Positions 1 through 7,634 of a stretch of 16,054 nt of DNA are shown piece after piece. Position numbers and translations under genes: made by a program. Every line of letters starts with the position of its first letter. Within the stretch, counting starts at the first letter, position 1. The notes beneath the pieces were generated by a model. The model was not told where the DNA came from. It ran no database searches and was given only the letters and a program-made list of their open reading frames with translations. This stretch comes from a virus (Duplodnaviria; Heunggongvirae; Uroviricota; Caudoviricetes), in the IMG/VR virus record IMGVR_UViG_2703718862_000008, positions 1-16,054 of that record. One strand, given 5' to 3'.

Positions 1-198
1 TCACTGCGGAAGGCGTCTGTAACAACCGAACTGATAGTCTGCCAGACCCGCCATAACCAGCTGGGTCAGTATTAACTGGCAGCGTTCGCGTGAAAGGTAA
101 GTATTCTGCGCAATCTCCCCGACTGTCGCCGGGTAGGTGACGCTTAATTCATTAAACACCACTCTGGCGGTTTCTGTCATATCCTGCTGTTTCAGCAT
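1..198 (-). CDS. hypothetical small protein (65 aa), possibly winged-helix; first gene downstream of the Q-associated terminator
   Basis: Stop TGA at 1-3 and ATG at 196-198 (MLKQQDMTETARVV...). The track ORF extends to 333 but 198 is the first ATG with a sensible position. No family recognised by eye. Confidence 0.35.
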   Translation of the reverse strand: MLKQQDMTETARVVFNELSVTYPATVGEIAQNTYLSRERCQLILTQLVMAGLADYQFGCYRRLPQ

Positions 199-321
199 GT
201 CTTTTTCCCTTTTCCGGTTAACGTGACACACCAATAACTCTTGTCGAAAAAGCCAGCAACCTGAAAGAACGGTATTAATGACCACCAGCGAATTTATTGC
301 GCTGCTGTATATTACGGACAC

Positions 322-343
322 AAAAAAAACCACCTTCCGGTGG
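322..343 (-). terminator. intrinsic terminator on the - strand, about 100 nt downstream of the Q-like gene; candidate tR'-type terminator
   Basis: + strand reads caaaaaaaac caccttccggtgg at 321-343. On the - strand this is a hairpin CCACC-GGAA-GGTGG (343..330) followed by eight T (329..322). Confidence 0.55.
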
Positions 344-440
344 CTTCCTTGTGCGAAAAAACTTGCATTTCGCCTCGCGATACAGCTTTGCGAAGCTTAC
401 AGGAATTCAAGCTGTTTCTGCGTAAAAAAGCAAGCTTTTT

Positions 441-971
441 TTATCGAAATGAATCGTGCATAGGTACATAAAGCATGTGTTCAGCCACGGCTAACCAACC
501 TGCAATACGTTTCTCACATGTGCTGAAACACCATTCCGGGTGAGTACGATTTAAACATTCTGCCATTTTTCTCTTACTCATTCCCCGTCCTTCGTACCTT
601 TGCCGGAGAATATTGATTAGCCCGGGATATTCCCCAAGCACCTTACTGATAACGCGATCAATAATCAACGCCTCTGTGTCTGTACAATGTGACAACCAGC
701 TCTTCTGCTTTCCTCTTGTCATATCCCGAAAAAATGCCTCAAGTTCCGGTTTTTCCAGCCCGGATTTCTTCATTCTGCGCAAAACCTCATTAACTGCTGT
801 TTTCGTCAGCTTTTTCGAAACCAGTAACCGGTTAAACATATTTCCGGATTTACCCCCACCGATATACGACCACCGCCCCCACATCCGTAATTTCCCCTGG
901 ATCCAGACTGCTTCCAGCGTGTTCAGGCGTAAATGTTCGCCGCTTTTGCCTGTAATTTCCGGATATATCAT
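441..971 (-). CDS. late-gene antiterminator Q-like protein (176 aa)
   Basis: Lies directly downstream of rusA at the end of the early-right operon, the canonical Q position. WG.W motif (LRMWGRWSY) and a C-terminal Cys/His cluster resemble Q21/QuuD-type antiterminators as I recall them. ATG at 969-971 is 8 nt after the rusA stop; the track start at 983 is a TTG. Confidence 0.5.
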   Translation of the reverse strand: MIYPEITGKSGEHLRLNTLEAVWIQGKLRMWGRWSYIGGGKSGNMFNRLLVSKKLTKTAVNEVLRRMKKSGLEKPELEAFFRDMTRGKQKSWLSHCTDTEALIIDRVISKVLGEYPGLINILRQRYEGRGMSKRKMAECLNRTHPEWCFSTCEKRIAGWLAVAEHMLYVPMHDSFR

Positions 972-979
972 ATTTACGC

Positions 980-1339
980 TCACTCACTCTCAATTTTGTA
1001 AATCTTCACACCCAGCCGTCCACCAGATACTGGCTGACCACGTACAATATTGATTTCATCAAACTGCTCGTCATCAATGAGCACTCCCGCATGCGTCAGC
1101 GCATCCAGCGGTGCTTTCAGAATGTTGTCCAGGTCGCGACGACGCTTATCCGGTGGCTCTGCAATCACCTTTATCACCAGCCTTCCGGACAGGCTTAATT
1201 TCAGCCGCTGCTGGCGAACAATAAGCGCCACAGCCCGGCGATAACGCTTTCCCTCCTCCGAGATAAAATATGTGCTGCCACGGCGTCGCCAGTAAGTGTT
1301 CACCGTCGGCGGGTAAGGTAAAACCAAATCTATGAGCAT
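980..1339 (-). CDS. rusA: Holliday junction resolvase RusA (119 aa)
   Basis: ATG at 1337-1339. The motif PDKRRRDLDNILKAPLDALTHAGVLIDDEQ matches the RusA catalytic core (E. coli RusA has [30 protein letters not shown] in my recollection). Confidence 0.85.
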   Translation of the reverse strand: MLIDLVLPYPPTVNTYWRRRGSTYFISEEGKRYRRAVALIVRQQRLKLSLSGRLVIKVIAEPPDKRRRDLDNILKAPLDALTHAGVLIDDEQFDEINIVRGQPVSGGRLGVKIYKIESE

Positions 1340-1351
1340 CAGTCACCTCTT

Positions 1352-2401
1352 TTACCCAAGCACGCCAGTTGCAAAGGCGTGATCAAGAAAACGAAAAATT
1401 AAATCAATCTGAGAACCATGATTTTCTTCGAACGCCAGCGGATCCGCATGAAGTTCGTTGTGATGTTCCCGGCACAACGGTAGCGTGAAAATATCGTGGG
1501 CCTTTGTTCCCATCCCTCCCTGACCGTGACCAATCAGGTGATGGGGATCGTCGGCTGGCTGACCACAACACGCACACGGCTGTGTCTTCACCCAGCGCGT
1601 ATATTTCTCATTTACCCAACGGCGACGTTTAGGTCGCCTCATGAAAGATTCCGGAGACTCCGGATCAACGGTGATGCATACCACCGTCTTTTCCTGTGGT
1701 GGGTTCTGTTGCTGGCGGGCGTGAGACGGCGGCGCAATATTTTTTGTGCGCTGTTTCAGTATGCTGGTGGCGGTCTGCTCTCCCGGTATGATGTCGCTTT
1801 CGCGATACACCGAGCGGATTTTTTCCGCACGTAACCCCAGAGAACGACGTAATACTGCCTCCGGAAGCGCGTCCGCCACCTGATTGCAGACCGCCCACCA
1901 GGATAATTCAGCCAGCGACAATTCCCGCTCCTGCGTGCCATTCATTGCATGGCGTATGACGTCAATCATCCATGCTGACAGGTTTTGATGAGCAAGTTGC
2001 CCGAGTGATTCGGATGTCTGGTCACGCAGCTGGTTGTCACAGTGCCAGCACAACACCATCGAGCCAGCGCCATAACGGTGAATGACGGTTTCACTGTGGT
2101 GATAATCGCCGTGTGGCCACTGGCAGGATTTAACATGGCGCAGTAACCAGTCAGACAATGCGCCAGCGCCACCAGCAGCACGAATCACTCGTTCGTCGCT
2201 GAAAAATGGCAGTAATGATTTATCCTCCGCCAGCGGCTGGCGAACGGCAGGAACGACCCCGGACGGCAGATTACGCATGCTTTTCGGTTCCGGCTCCACC
2301 AGTACCCGGGTATTTTGGAATACCGGCATGGATTCATGGCCCGGCTTAACGATCACCAGCCCGAGTTCTGGCACAAGAACAGGTCGAAGTAATACCCGCA
2401 C
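1352..2401 (-). CDS. ydfU: YdfU-like prophage protein (family I recall as DUF968) with a C-terminal HNH/NinG-like Cys-His cluster (349 aa)
   Basis: GTG start at 2399-2401 preceded by GGAGGT with a 3-nt spacer and placed 1 nt after the upstream stop (translational coupling). C-terminus carries CACCG...HHLIGH...CREHHNELH. Length and position match the Qin ydfU slot. Confidence 0.7.
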   Translation of the reverse strand: MRVLLRPVLVPELGLVIVKPGHESMPVFQNTRVLVEPEPKSMRNLPSGVVPAVRQPLAEDKSLLPFFSDERVIRAAGGAGALSDWLLRHVKSCQWPHGDYHHSETVIHRYGAGSMVLCWHCDNQLRDQTSESLGQLAHQNLSAWMIDVIRHAMNGTQERELSLAELSWWAVCNQVADALPEAVLRRSLGLRAEKIRSVYRESDIIPGEQTATSILKQRTKNIAPPSHARQQQNPPQEKTVVCITVDPESPESFMRRPKRRRWVNEKYTRWVKTQPCACCGQPADDPHHLIGHGQGGMGTKAHDIFTLPLCREHHNELHADPLAFEENHGSQIDLIFRFLDHAFATGVLG

Positions 2402-2402
2402 G

Positions 2403-2681
2403 TTACCTCCAGATACGTTGCTGGAATGTGCGGGATGGACGCGGTGGGCGCTCGGAGTAAGGGAGCCTCACAGAGATTATCCAGTGCAGTCGGTCGAGGC
2501 TGAGGTCTTTCTGAAACTCGTATCCGCGCCTGCGGTAGCACTGAATTAACCATTCAGCTTGTTCTTCAGTACATGGGGGATGCTGGTACCAGTCAGATTT
2601 AAATGCGTGAGAGCGCCGCCCGTGCCTGCTGGCAAAGACGGCTGAATTATCAGAATTGTGTGATTTGGTATCGTGCGCCAT
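2403..2681 (-). CDS. hypothetical Arg-rich protein (92 aa from ATG 2681); occupies the rem-like position between hokD and ydfU
   Basis: ORF ends with TAA at 2403-2405, overlapped by the SD of the next gene. The track start at 2810 is GTG without an SD; the first ATG is at 2679-2681 with only a weak SD. Start is uncertain. Confidence 0.4.
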   Translation of the reverse strand: MAHDTKSHNSDNSAVFASRHGRRSHAFKSDWYQHPPCTEEQAEWLIQCYRRRGYEFQKDLSLDRLHWIISVRLPYSERPPRPSRTFQQRIWR

Positions 2682-2819
2682 CGGTTGTCTCTGCTGGCGC
2701 AGCAGGTGCCAGTTGTTCAGGCTGACGTGCGAATTGTAAACCAGAATGCCAGGAAAAAACAAAACCCGACGAAGCGGGTTAAGCGCGGGTGCGTTGAGGA
2801 TGCCTGACACATCAGAGGT

Positions 2820-2841
2820 GGCGGGAGATTTCTCCCCCGCC
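2820..2841 (-). other. GC-rich hairpin immediately 3' of hokD (GGCGGGAGA-TTT-CTCCCCCGCC); likely hok mRNA 3' structure or terminator
   Basis: Near-perfect 9-10 bp GC stem directly seen 8 nt past the hokD stop. No clean U-tract follows on the - strand. Confidence 0.4.
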
Positions 2842-2848
2842 TGGTCTC

Positions 2849-3004
2849 TTACTCCTCAGGTTCGTAGACTGTGAAGACAGCGACCTCCGTCTGGCCGGTT
2901 CGGATTCGTACCTCGCAGAGGTCTTTCCTCGTTACCAGTGCCGTCACTATGACGGTTAAACAGATGACGATAAGGGCGATTAGCATCGCCTTTTGCTGCT
3001 TCAT
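2849..3004 (-). CDS. hokD: Hok-family membrane toxin (51 aa), HokD/RelF-like
   Basis: Product MKQQKAMLIALIVICLTVIVTALVTRKDLCEVRIRTGQTEVAVFTVYEPEE has one TM helix and matches my recollection of HokD almost residue for residue. GGAG lies 9 nt upstream of the ATG at 3002-3004. An in-frame ATG 19 codons upstream (3061) gives the 70-aa track ORF. Confidence 0.8.
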   Translation of the reverse strand: MKQQKAMLIALIVICLTVIVTALVTRKDLCEVRIRTGQTEVAVFTVYEPEE

Positions 3005-3295
3005 AGCCTGCTTCTCCTTGCCTTTCGGCACGTAAGAGGCTAACCTACGTGTGTAGAGCATAGATATGGCATCAGATTAATGTTAAGCGTCTTGCCGGAC
3101 GCGCAATGTTAACTGGGGCTTTTCTCTATCTGCCTTTTGGTATTCATGCCTGAGACAGATAGCCTCAAGCACCCGCAGCAATTCTACTTAACTATCCTTT
3201 CCCCGCAAATCGTTTTTATCCCCAGCGACAAATCGAATACACCACCAGCGCCACCGCCATTGCGATCCCTACCGTTGTGAATGCCTCAGGCCAGG
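3005..3295 (-). promoter_or_regulatory. hok leader/regulatory region (expected promoter, mok-type upstream translation start, possible Sok-type antisense RNA on the + strand)
   Basis: About 290 nt between the upstream gene stop and the hok ATG. Presence of regulatory RNA is inferred from hok/sok biology; I could not place a convincing Sok promoter or terminator by eye. Confidence 0.3.
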
Positions 3296-3640
3296 TCATC
3301 GTAAAACATCCTCTGCGCTTATCAGTCCGTTTCGCTTCAGGTAGTCCATCGCCTTACCCGGCAATTTACAGTCCGGCTTCGTTTTCCTCAGTTGCCAGGT
3401 TAACTGCTTTACCAGCATGGTTAACTCGTCGACCAGACGCTGATGTCCCACTGGTTTGTATTCATGCAATTTACCGGCTGGCTCTGCTGCCAGCGATGCC
3501 AGTGCGATTTCCAGAACAGCAATATCCATCTTATATGTGCGGATGATGTCATGGTCGATTGTGCCCGGTATGCACAGTCTCTGTGCTTCAATAGTCTCCT
3601 CTGCGTGAGCTATTAACTGCTCTCTGGTAAAAGTGGTCAT
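3296..3640 (-). CDS. hypothetical protein (114 aa); N-terminal domain paralogous to the gene at 4154-4579
   Basis: ATG at 3638-3640 overlaps the upstream stop (ATGA). N-terminus [13 protein letters not shown]...[10 protein letters not shown] parallels MTELTKEQLIEEA...IALTSLEAEP. Confidence 0.6.
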   Translation of the reverse strand: MTTFTREQLIAHAEETIEAQRLCIPGTIDHDIIRTYKMDIAVLEIALASLAAEPAGKLHEYKPVGHQRLVDELTMLVKQLTWQLRKTKPDCKLPGKAMDYLKRNGLISAEDVLR

Positions 3641-4152
3641 GCCGCGCTTCCTTCTTGCTTATTAACGATTACACCGTCATATATTTCATTAAGGTGTCCC
3701 CTCAACTCCATGCGCCTTAATGCAGACAACATGTAATCGCATTCAACCTGCTTATTTCCAGTAAATGGCTTATCGTCAGGATCACCCCAACAGCAATTAC
3801 CCTTGGGCCACCCATGTACTTTCCGTACTCTTCCGTTAACAACGTGAAGTAATCCCCAGCCAGGTGGTAAATCCTCAATTGAAATAATTCCCGGCTCACT
3901 AATAAAGAATCTCCAGTCGCCCATGCCAAGAGAGGGATTTTTACGGAAACGCTTTTTTCTATCTGCCAACAAGTCAGCACGAGAACACTTCGCCTCTATC
4001 AGGCATGATGCTGAATTTCTGAATCCCATAGCATCTGGTTGTTCTCCAGTACTGGTTACAGCAACAAAGCGGTCATGAAAGCAAACCTTGAACCCGTTGC
4101 GCTTAAGGAACCTGTACGCAATCTGACAGAGTTCGCGGTGTGTTAACGCCAT
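3637..4152 (-). CDS. PD-(D/E)xK-type nuclease-like protein (171 aa)
   Basis: Motif EQPDAMGF...[20 protein letters not shown] fits a D/E-x-PD...(D/E)-x-K restriction-endonuclease-fold signature. AAGGAG lies 7 nt upstream of the ATG at 4150-4152; stop overlaps the next start. Confidence 0.55.
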   Translation of the reverse strand: MALTHRELCQIAYRFLKRNGFKVCFHDRFVAVTSTGEQPDAMGFRNSASCLIEAKCSRADLLADRKKRFRKNPSLGMGDWRFFISEPGIISIEDLPPGWGLLHVVNGRVRKVHGWPKGNCCWGDPDDKPFTGNKQVECDYMLSALRRMELRGHLNEIYDGVIVNKQEGSAA

Positions 4153-4153
4153 C

Positions 4154-4579
4154 TCATTCTCCTTTGATGCGAATGTTTACAACCTGACAAACCTCTTTGA
4201 GTACCCAGTCAACAGCGTCTTTCCACGCTCCAGTCTCAACTGGCGGATTCTCACGTTTTACTTGTTCATAGAAGTGCACAGCTTTAACCAGTCCTTCAGG
4301 TACTACAGGCACTGGCGGCATGCGATACAATGGAGTAACACAACGCGAAGCCTCATATTTATCTGACGGACGCTGAAATATCTCACCGAACCCATATTTT
4401 TCAATATCTCGCAGTTCCTCGTCGTCAGTCCATGCCACCGGTTCTGCTTCCAGCGATGTCAGTGCAATTTTGAATAACTCACCCTCTACTCGTGCCACGC
4501 CTGAATTGGGATGGCATTTCGCAATCGCTATTTTTAATTTGGCTTCTTCGATTAATTGCTCTTTTGTTAATTCAGTCAT
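4154..4579 (-). CDS. hypothetical protein (141 aa); N-terminal paralog of 3296-3640, C-terminus ends IRIKGE
   Basis: ATG at 4577-4579. Shared N-terminal motif described above; C-terminal IRIKGE is encoded by an 18-nt sequence repeated at 5037-5054. Confidence 0.6.
   Translation of the reverse strand: MTELTKEQLIEEAKLKIAIAKCHPNSGVARVEGELFKIALTSLEAEPVAWTDDEELRDIEKYGFGEIFQRPSDKYEASRCVTPLYRMPPVPVVPEGLVKAVHFYEQVKRENPPVETGAWKDAVDWVLKEVCQVVNIRIKGE
4158..4175. repeat. 18-nt module-junction repeat TCTCCTTTGATGCGAATG, copy 1
   Basis: Exact repeat of 5037-5054. On the - strand it encodes IRIKGE at the end of one gene and supplies AAGGAG as the SD of the next. Confidence 0.7.
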
Positions 4580-4674
4580 TTTTCATTACCGCTCTTTCTG
4601 GCGGCCTCCTGATGTTCTGAGGGTGCAGAAATCCCTCCGGCTAAGGATTAAATTTTTAACAGTTCTAAATTTAA

Positions 4675-5031
4675 TTATTCAGTTCTGGATTTTGTCGCCC
4701 TGCGTATCCGCGCTTTCGCGTTACGCTCAATCTGAATTAGCTTTTCTATATTTTTTCGCCTTTCCCGCTCCTCCTGGCGCAAGTGCCTTACATCATCTGC
4801 CAGTCTGGTTTCTCTTTTCGCCACAGAGAGCATCCAGTCAAATGGCTCCACAACTGCACCGCAGATTTTACAGCGGACCTGACGCTCTTTTTCGTCAACC
4901 AGGACAGAGGCGTGATGACAATATGGTCTTTCCGATGGCTCATAAAGAAAATTAACCTGATTACGAGGGTCATCCTCTTTTACCGGAAATAAAACGATAT
5001 TGCTTAACTCATCCTCTGGTTTTATTTCCAT
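4675..5031 (-). CDS. hypothetical zinc-ribbon protein (118 aa)
   Basis: ATG at 5029-5031 preceded by AAAGGAGAGGAG. CHH...(17)...CKIC cluster; basic C-terminal tail. Confidence 0.5.
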   Translation of the reverse strand: MEIKPEDELSNIVLFPVKEDDPRNQVNFLYEPSERPYCHHASVLVDEKERQVRCKICGAVVEPFDWMLSVAKRETRLADDVRHLRQEERERRKNIEKLIQIERNAKARIRRATKSRTE

Positions 5032-5470
5032 GCTCCTCTCCTTTGATGCGAATGCCAGCGACGCGTAATGCGTGTTCTAGGTCAATCAGGTAAAGCCAAC
5101 TGCCATTTTCTTTAGGTATCATGACATGTCGCTCATCTGCATTTATCGGGTGTCCATATCGAAGGTCGTAGCGAGTCGGTAATTGAACTTCCCGCGCTTC
5201 CAGTTCAGCAAGACGCTTGCTCCCATCAGAGATAACGCCTTCGTAATACTCACGCTGCTCGTTGAGTTGTGATTTTGCTTCTTCCAGTCCATCCAGCAAA
5301 TCAGCGATAATATCCGCTTCCCGATGACGGATGTGACGCTTAAACGCAGCAAGAGCCGCATCACAATCCCGTTCAGCATTTGGGCTGTCCGGGATAGCCT
5401 GATACCACGCCAGCGTCGACTGATAGTTTTGTGCTGCCTCACGAAGCGCCTCATAGTTAACCTCTCTCAT
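5009..5470 (-). CDS. hypothetical protein (153 aa), C-terminus GIRIKGE
   Basis: ATG at 5468-5470 overlaps the upstream stop (ATGA). Acidic, helical-looking sequence; no family assigned. Confidence 0.55.
   Translation of the reverse strand: MREVNYEALREAAQNYQSTLAWYQAIPDSPNAERDCDAALAAFKRHIRHREADIIADLLDGLEEAKSQLNEQREYYEGVISDGSKRLAELEAREVQLPTRYDLRYGHPINADERHVMIPKENGSWLYLIDLEHALRVAGIRIKGEEHGNKTRG
5037..5054. repeat. 18-nt module-junction repeat TCTCCTTTGATGCGAATG, copy 2
   Basis: Exact repeat of 4158-4175, in the same coding and SD context. Confidence 0.7.
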
Positions 5471-5763
5471 TGAGCCACCTCCTGATAAATCACCGCATGC
5501 CCCAGTTTCTCCGCCAGTGCCAGCTCTGCCTTAGCGCCCGCTGACCGCTGCCAGCCATTCAGCATGTAAATCGCATCCACACAACGAATCATTGCCATGC
5601 AAATATCCATGTAGTGCGGCTGTGTCAGCCCGTCCGGAAGTACTGCCGGGTTTAAGACGGTATGCCCTTCCCGTTTCAGTTCCTCTTCCGCCTTGTGAAA
5701 CGCCTCACGGTTGAAATTTTCATATCCCGTCATTGGACCGGCAATATAAACTCTGACCCTCAC
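5467..5763 (-). CDS. nucleoside 2-deoxyribosyltransferase-like protein (family I recall as DUF4406), 98 aa
   Basis: Rossmann-like N-terminus VRVYIAGPMTG...NPA...GWQRSAGA typical of that fold. The start must lie upstream of YIAGPMTG, so a GTG at 5761-5763 with AGGAGG 7 nt upstream is chosen; it overlaps the upstream stop by 4 nt. Confidence 0.55.
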   Translation of the reverse strand: MRVRVYIAGPMTGYENFNREAFHKAEEELKREGHTVLNPAVLPDGLTQPHYMDICMAMIRCVDAIYMLNGWQRSAGAKAELALAEKLGHAVIYQEVAQ

Positions 5764-6152
5764 TCCATCACCTCCTGAAAGTTTCCCCGATAGAACGCCA
5801 GCACACGCTGCATAACTTCGCTCTGGCGGCACTCACGACAAATTATGTTCTGCCGTCTGTTGTAACGACGTATTTCTCCGTCAGGTAACTTTCGAATCAG
5901 TGTCGGGTCAGCAGCCTTCTCCGGTGTCTTACGCCATACGCGATACGCCTGCTCTGATGGAAATACCCCGCAACCAGAGAGCCAGACATCACCACTGGCC
6001 GCAAGCGCACCAGATAAACGACGAATAGCGGTCTTACTGACACCCGTTTTATCTGCCAGTTGTCGAAAAGTTTCTCGTCCGCTCAGGCGCACGAATTCCA
6101 CAATGCGCGCCTTCACTTCTTCCCGCTCTTCTGGTGTAAATACTTTTGCCAT
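5760..6152 (-). CDS. hypothetical HTH-containing protein (130 aa)
   Basis: ATG at 6150-6152 with GGAGG 5 nt upstream (the track start at 6167 lacks an SD). HTH-like segment TFRQLADKTGVSKTAIRRL. Confidence 0.5.
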   Translation of the reverse strand: MAKVFTPEEREEVKARIVEFVRLSGRETFRQLADKTGVSKTAIRRLSGALAASGDVWLSGCGVFPSEQAYRVWRKTPEKAADPTLIRKLPDGEIRRYNRRQNIICRECRQSEVMQRVLAFYRGNFQEVME

Positions 6153-6167
6153 AAGCGCCTCCGGCAA

Positions 6168-6938
6168 TCACTTTTCCGATACAACACGGCGGGAAGAATC
6201 AGTAATCTGTCGAACAATATCCCGGTGCTTGTTCAGCTCCCGCAGCGCGGCGCAGACTCGCTCCCACTTCTGAACATCACTTTTCGCCCTGCGCAGCGCC
6301 AGGTTTGCCCTGCGAAGGGACGGAAAAATCAGCTCATCTGCTTGCGTTTCGGTAAACGATGGCAACGGCTGCACAATGTCCGCCACAGTTTCTGTTTTAA
6401 TTTCTTCCTGTGTTGCGGCTTCCCGGACTGGTAACGCAGCACCTGCTGGCTGAGGAAAGGCCTTACCATCACTTTCCGTTACCAGCGCGGCTTTCGGCTC
6501 TGCTGGTAAATTATCGCCCGGCATGCAGTAACGAAATTTACCGTTCTGATTAACGCGTGCCAGCCGCCCCGTTGCGGTTACCACCGCCAGCGTGGAGGCA
6601 ACCTTGCGAGTACTGACGCCGAACTTACCCGCCAGTTCCTCACACGTTTTAGCACCATCCTGACCGATAAACTCAATCATCATGTCTGCGGTAACTTTTT
6701 GTTCGACCTCCCCAGTCAGCATATCCTGTGCTTCAGATTTTACTGGCCGCTCTTCGGTTACCCGGGATTCACCTTCGCCAGCCAGAAACCAGGTGTGACC
6801 AGTTTTATCAACGACGCCATTTCTTTTGAGTTCCCACAGCTCGTTGAGAACCTCTTCACGACTGATATCAAGTCGCGCGGCCAGTTCTACCGATGTGGCT
6901 TTTCCCATTGCTTTCAGTGCGTCAAATACGGTTTCCAT
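6168..6938 (-). CDS. hypothetical protein with two winged-helix-like repeats (256 aa)
   Basis: ATG at 6936-6938 with GGAGG 8 nt upstream (the track start at 6962 lacks an SD). Repeated wHTH-like segments [26 protein letters not shown] and [20 protein letters not shown]. Confidence 0.55.
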   Translation of the reverse strand: METVFDALKAMGKATSVELAARLDISREEVLNELWELKRNGVVDKTGHTWFLAGEGESRVTEERPVKSEAQDMLTGEVEQKVTADMMIEFIGQDGAKTCEELAGKFGVSTRKVASTLAVVTATGRLARVNQNGKFRYCMPGDNLPAEPKAALVTESDGKAFPQPAGAALPVREAATQEEIKTETVADIVQPLPSFTETQADELIFPSLRRANLALRRAKSDVQKWERVCAALRELNKHRDIVRQITDSSRRVVSEK

Positions 6939-6971
6939 TAAAATTTCCTCCGACAAAATCATTTCTCAAAT

Positions 6972-7634
6972 TCAGACAAAACCAGCCGCTTTCCGGCGCT
7001 CATATTCCTGTTTCAGTAACTCAATTGGCGTTGGCCCTGGCGGGTGTTTTGGCCCTTCCAGTTGTCGTCGCACTGGCGGAACACTCATGCCGTTACCAAC
7101 ATTCTTTGCCCATTTGGTCAACAGTCGTTCTGCAAGTCGTTTCAGCTCACTTTCAGTCATCTGACGTTCAATCCCTCTGGTGCGCATCTCGAGGCAAATG
7201 TGGTACAGCACAGGCTGTGGCCACGGGTATTTATCACTCCCGTCGTATCGCCAGGATTCATTGCGCCAGCGCCGGTACTCTTCCATCACTGCATCCACCG
7301 TAAGACCAAATGGATTTGCCCCACTCTCCGAAATCAGTGCAACAAACTCAGCCAGGTCCGGGGGCCACGTTTCACCCGCCCGGCAGCGGTCCATGCACTG
7401 ACGACAGACCAGACGGATTTGCTGTTCAGTCATCGCACCAATCTGGGCAATCCAGAGCTTCGAAGGTGCGGCCCCGTTCTTCTGAGTCCAGCGGTTCGAA
7501 TACACCTCCCCCATAAGCTCCCACAGCTTCCAGGCCGTTTCCGTTGCTGATAAATCCGTTTTCACGTTCCCACTGTTCGCGTGATGCCCGGATTTCCTGA
7601 ACTGCCCGTGATGCCGTGCCACCTGATGCTGCAT
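6972..7634 (-). CDS. replication protein P-like (helicase loader), start uncertain
   Basis: C-terminal half (YPWPQPVLYHICLEMRTRGIERQMTESELKRLAERLL) resembles lambda P as I recall it (YPWKSNAHYWLVTNLYQNMRANALTDAELRRKAADEL). The full ORF overlaps the O-like gene by 209 nt; alternative ATGs are at 7514 and 7433. Confidence 0.55.
   Translation of the reverse strand: MQHQVARHHGQFRKSGHHANSGNVKTDLSATETAWKLWELMGEVYSNRWTQKNGAAPSKLWIAQIGAMTEQQIRLVCRQCMDRCRAGETWPPDLAEFVALISESGANPFGLTVDAVMEEYRRWRNESWRYDGSDKYPWPQPVLYHICLEMRTRGIERQMTESELKRLAERLLTKWAKNVGNGMSVPPVRRQLEGPKHPPGPTPIELLKQEYERRKAAGFV

Noticed and set aside
278-463. + strand 61-aa ORF across the Q-terminator region
   Set aside because: Spans the predicted terminator and promoter region; no SD; likely noncoding.
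613-1244. + strand ORFs (613-1053, 1050-1244) antisense to the Q-like and rusA genes
   Set aside because: They lie entirely within well-supported - strand genes, have no SD context and unremarkable products; judged shadow ORFs.
1146-1346. - strand ORF overlapping rusA in another frame
   Set aside because: Alternative frame of rusA with low-complexity product; the rusA frame carries the conserved motif.
1496-2181. Several ORFs on both strands inside the ydfU-like gene
   Set aside because: Embedded in a gene with translational coupling and conserved Cys/His motifs; Arg/Pro-rich products typical of out-of-frame translation.
2682-2810. N-terminal extension of the 2403-2810 ORF from a GTG at 2810
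   Set aside because: No SD before the GTG and the extension would run through the hok 3' hairpin region; ATG at 2681 preferred, though still uncertain.
3005-3061. A separate-frame mok-like ORF overlapping hok
   Set aside because: Searching the other - strand frames upstream of hok found only a 10-codon ORF; the only extended ORF is the in-frame 19-codon extension, so a classical mok cannot be asserted.
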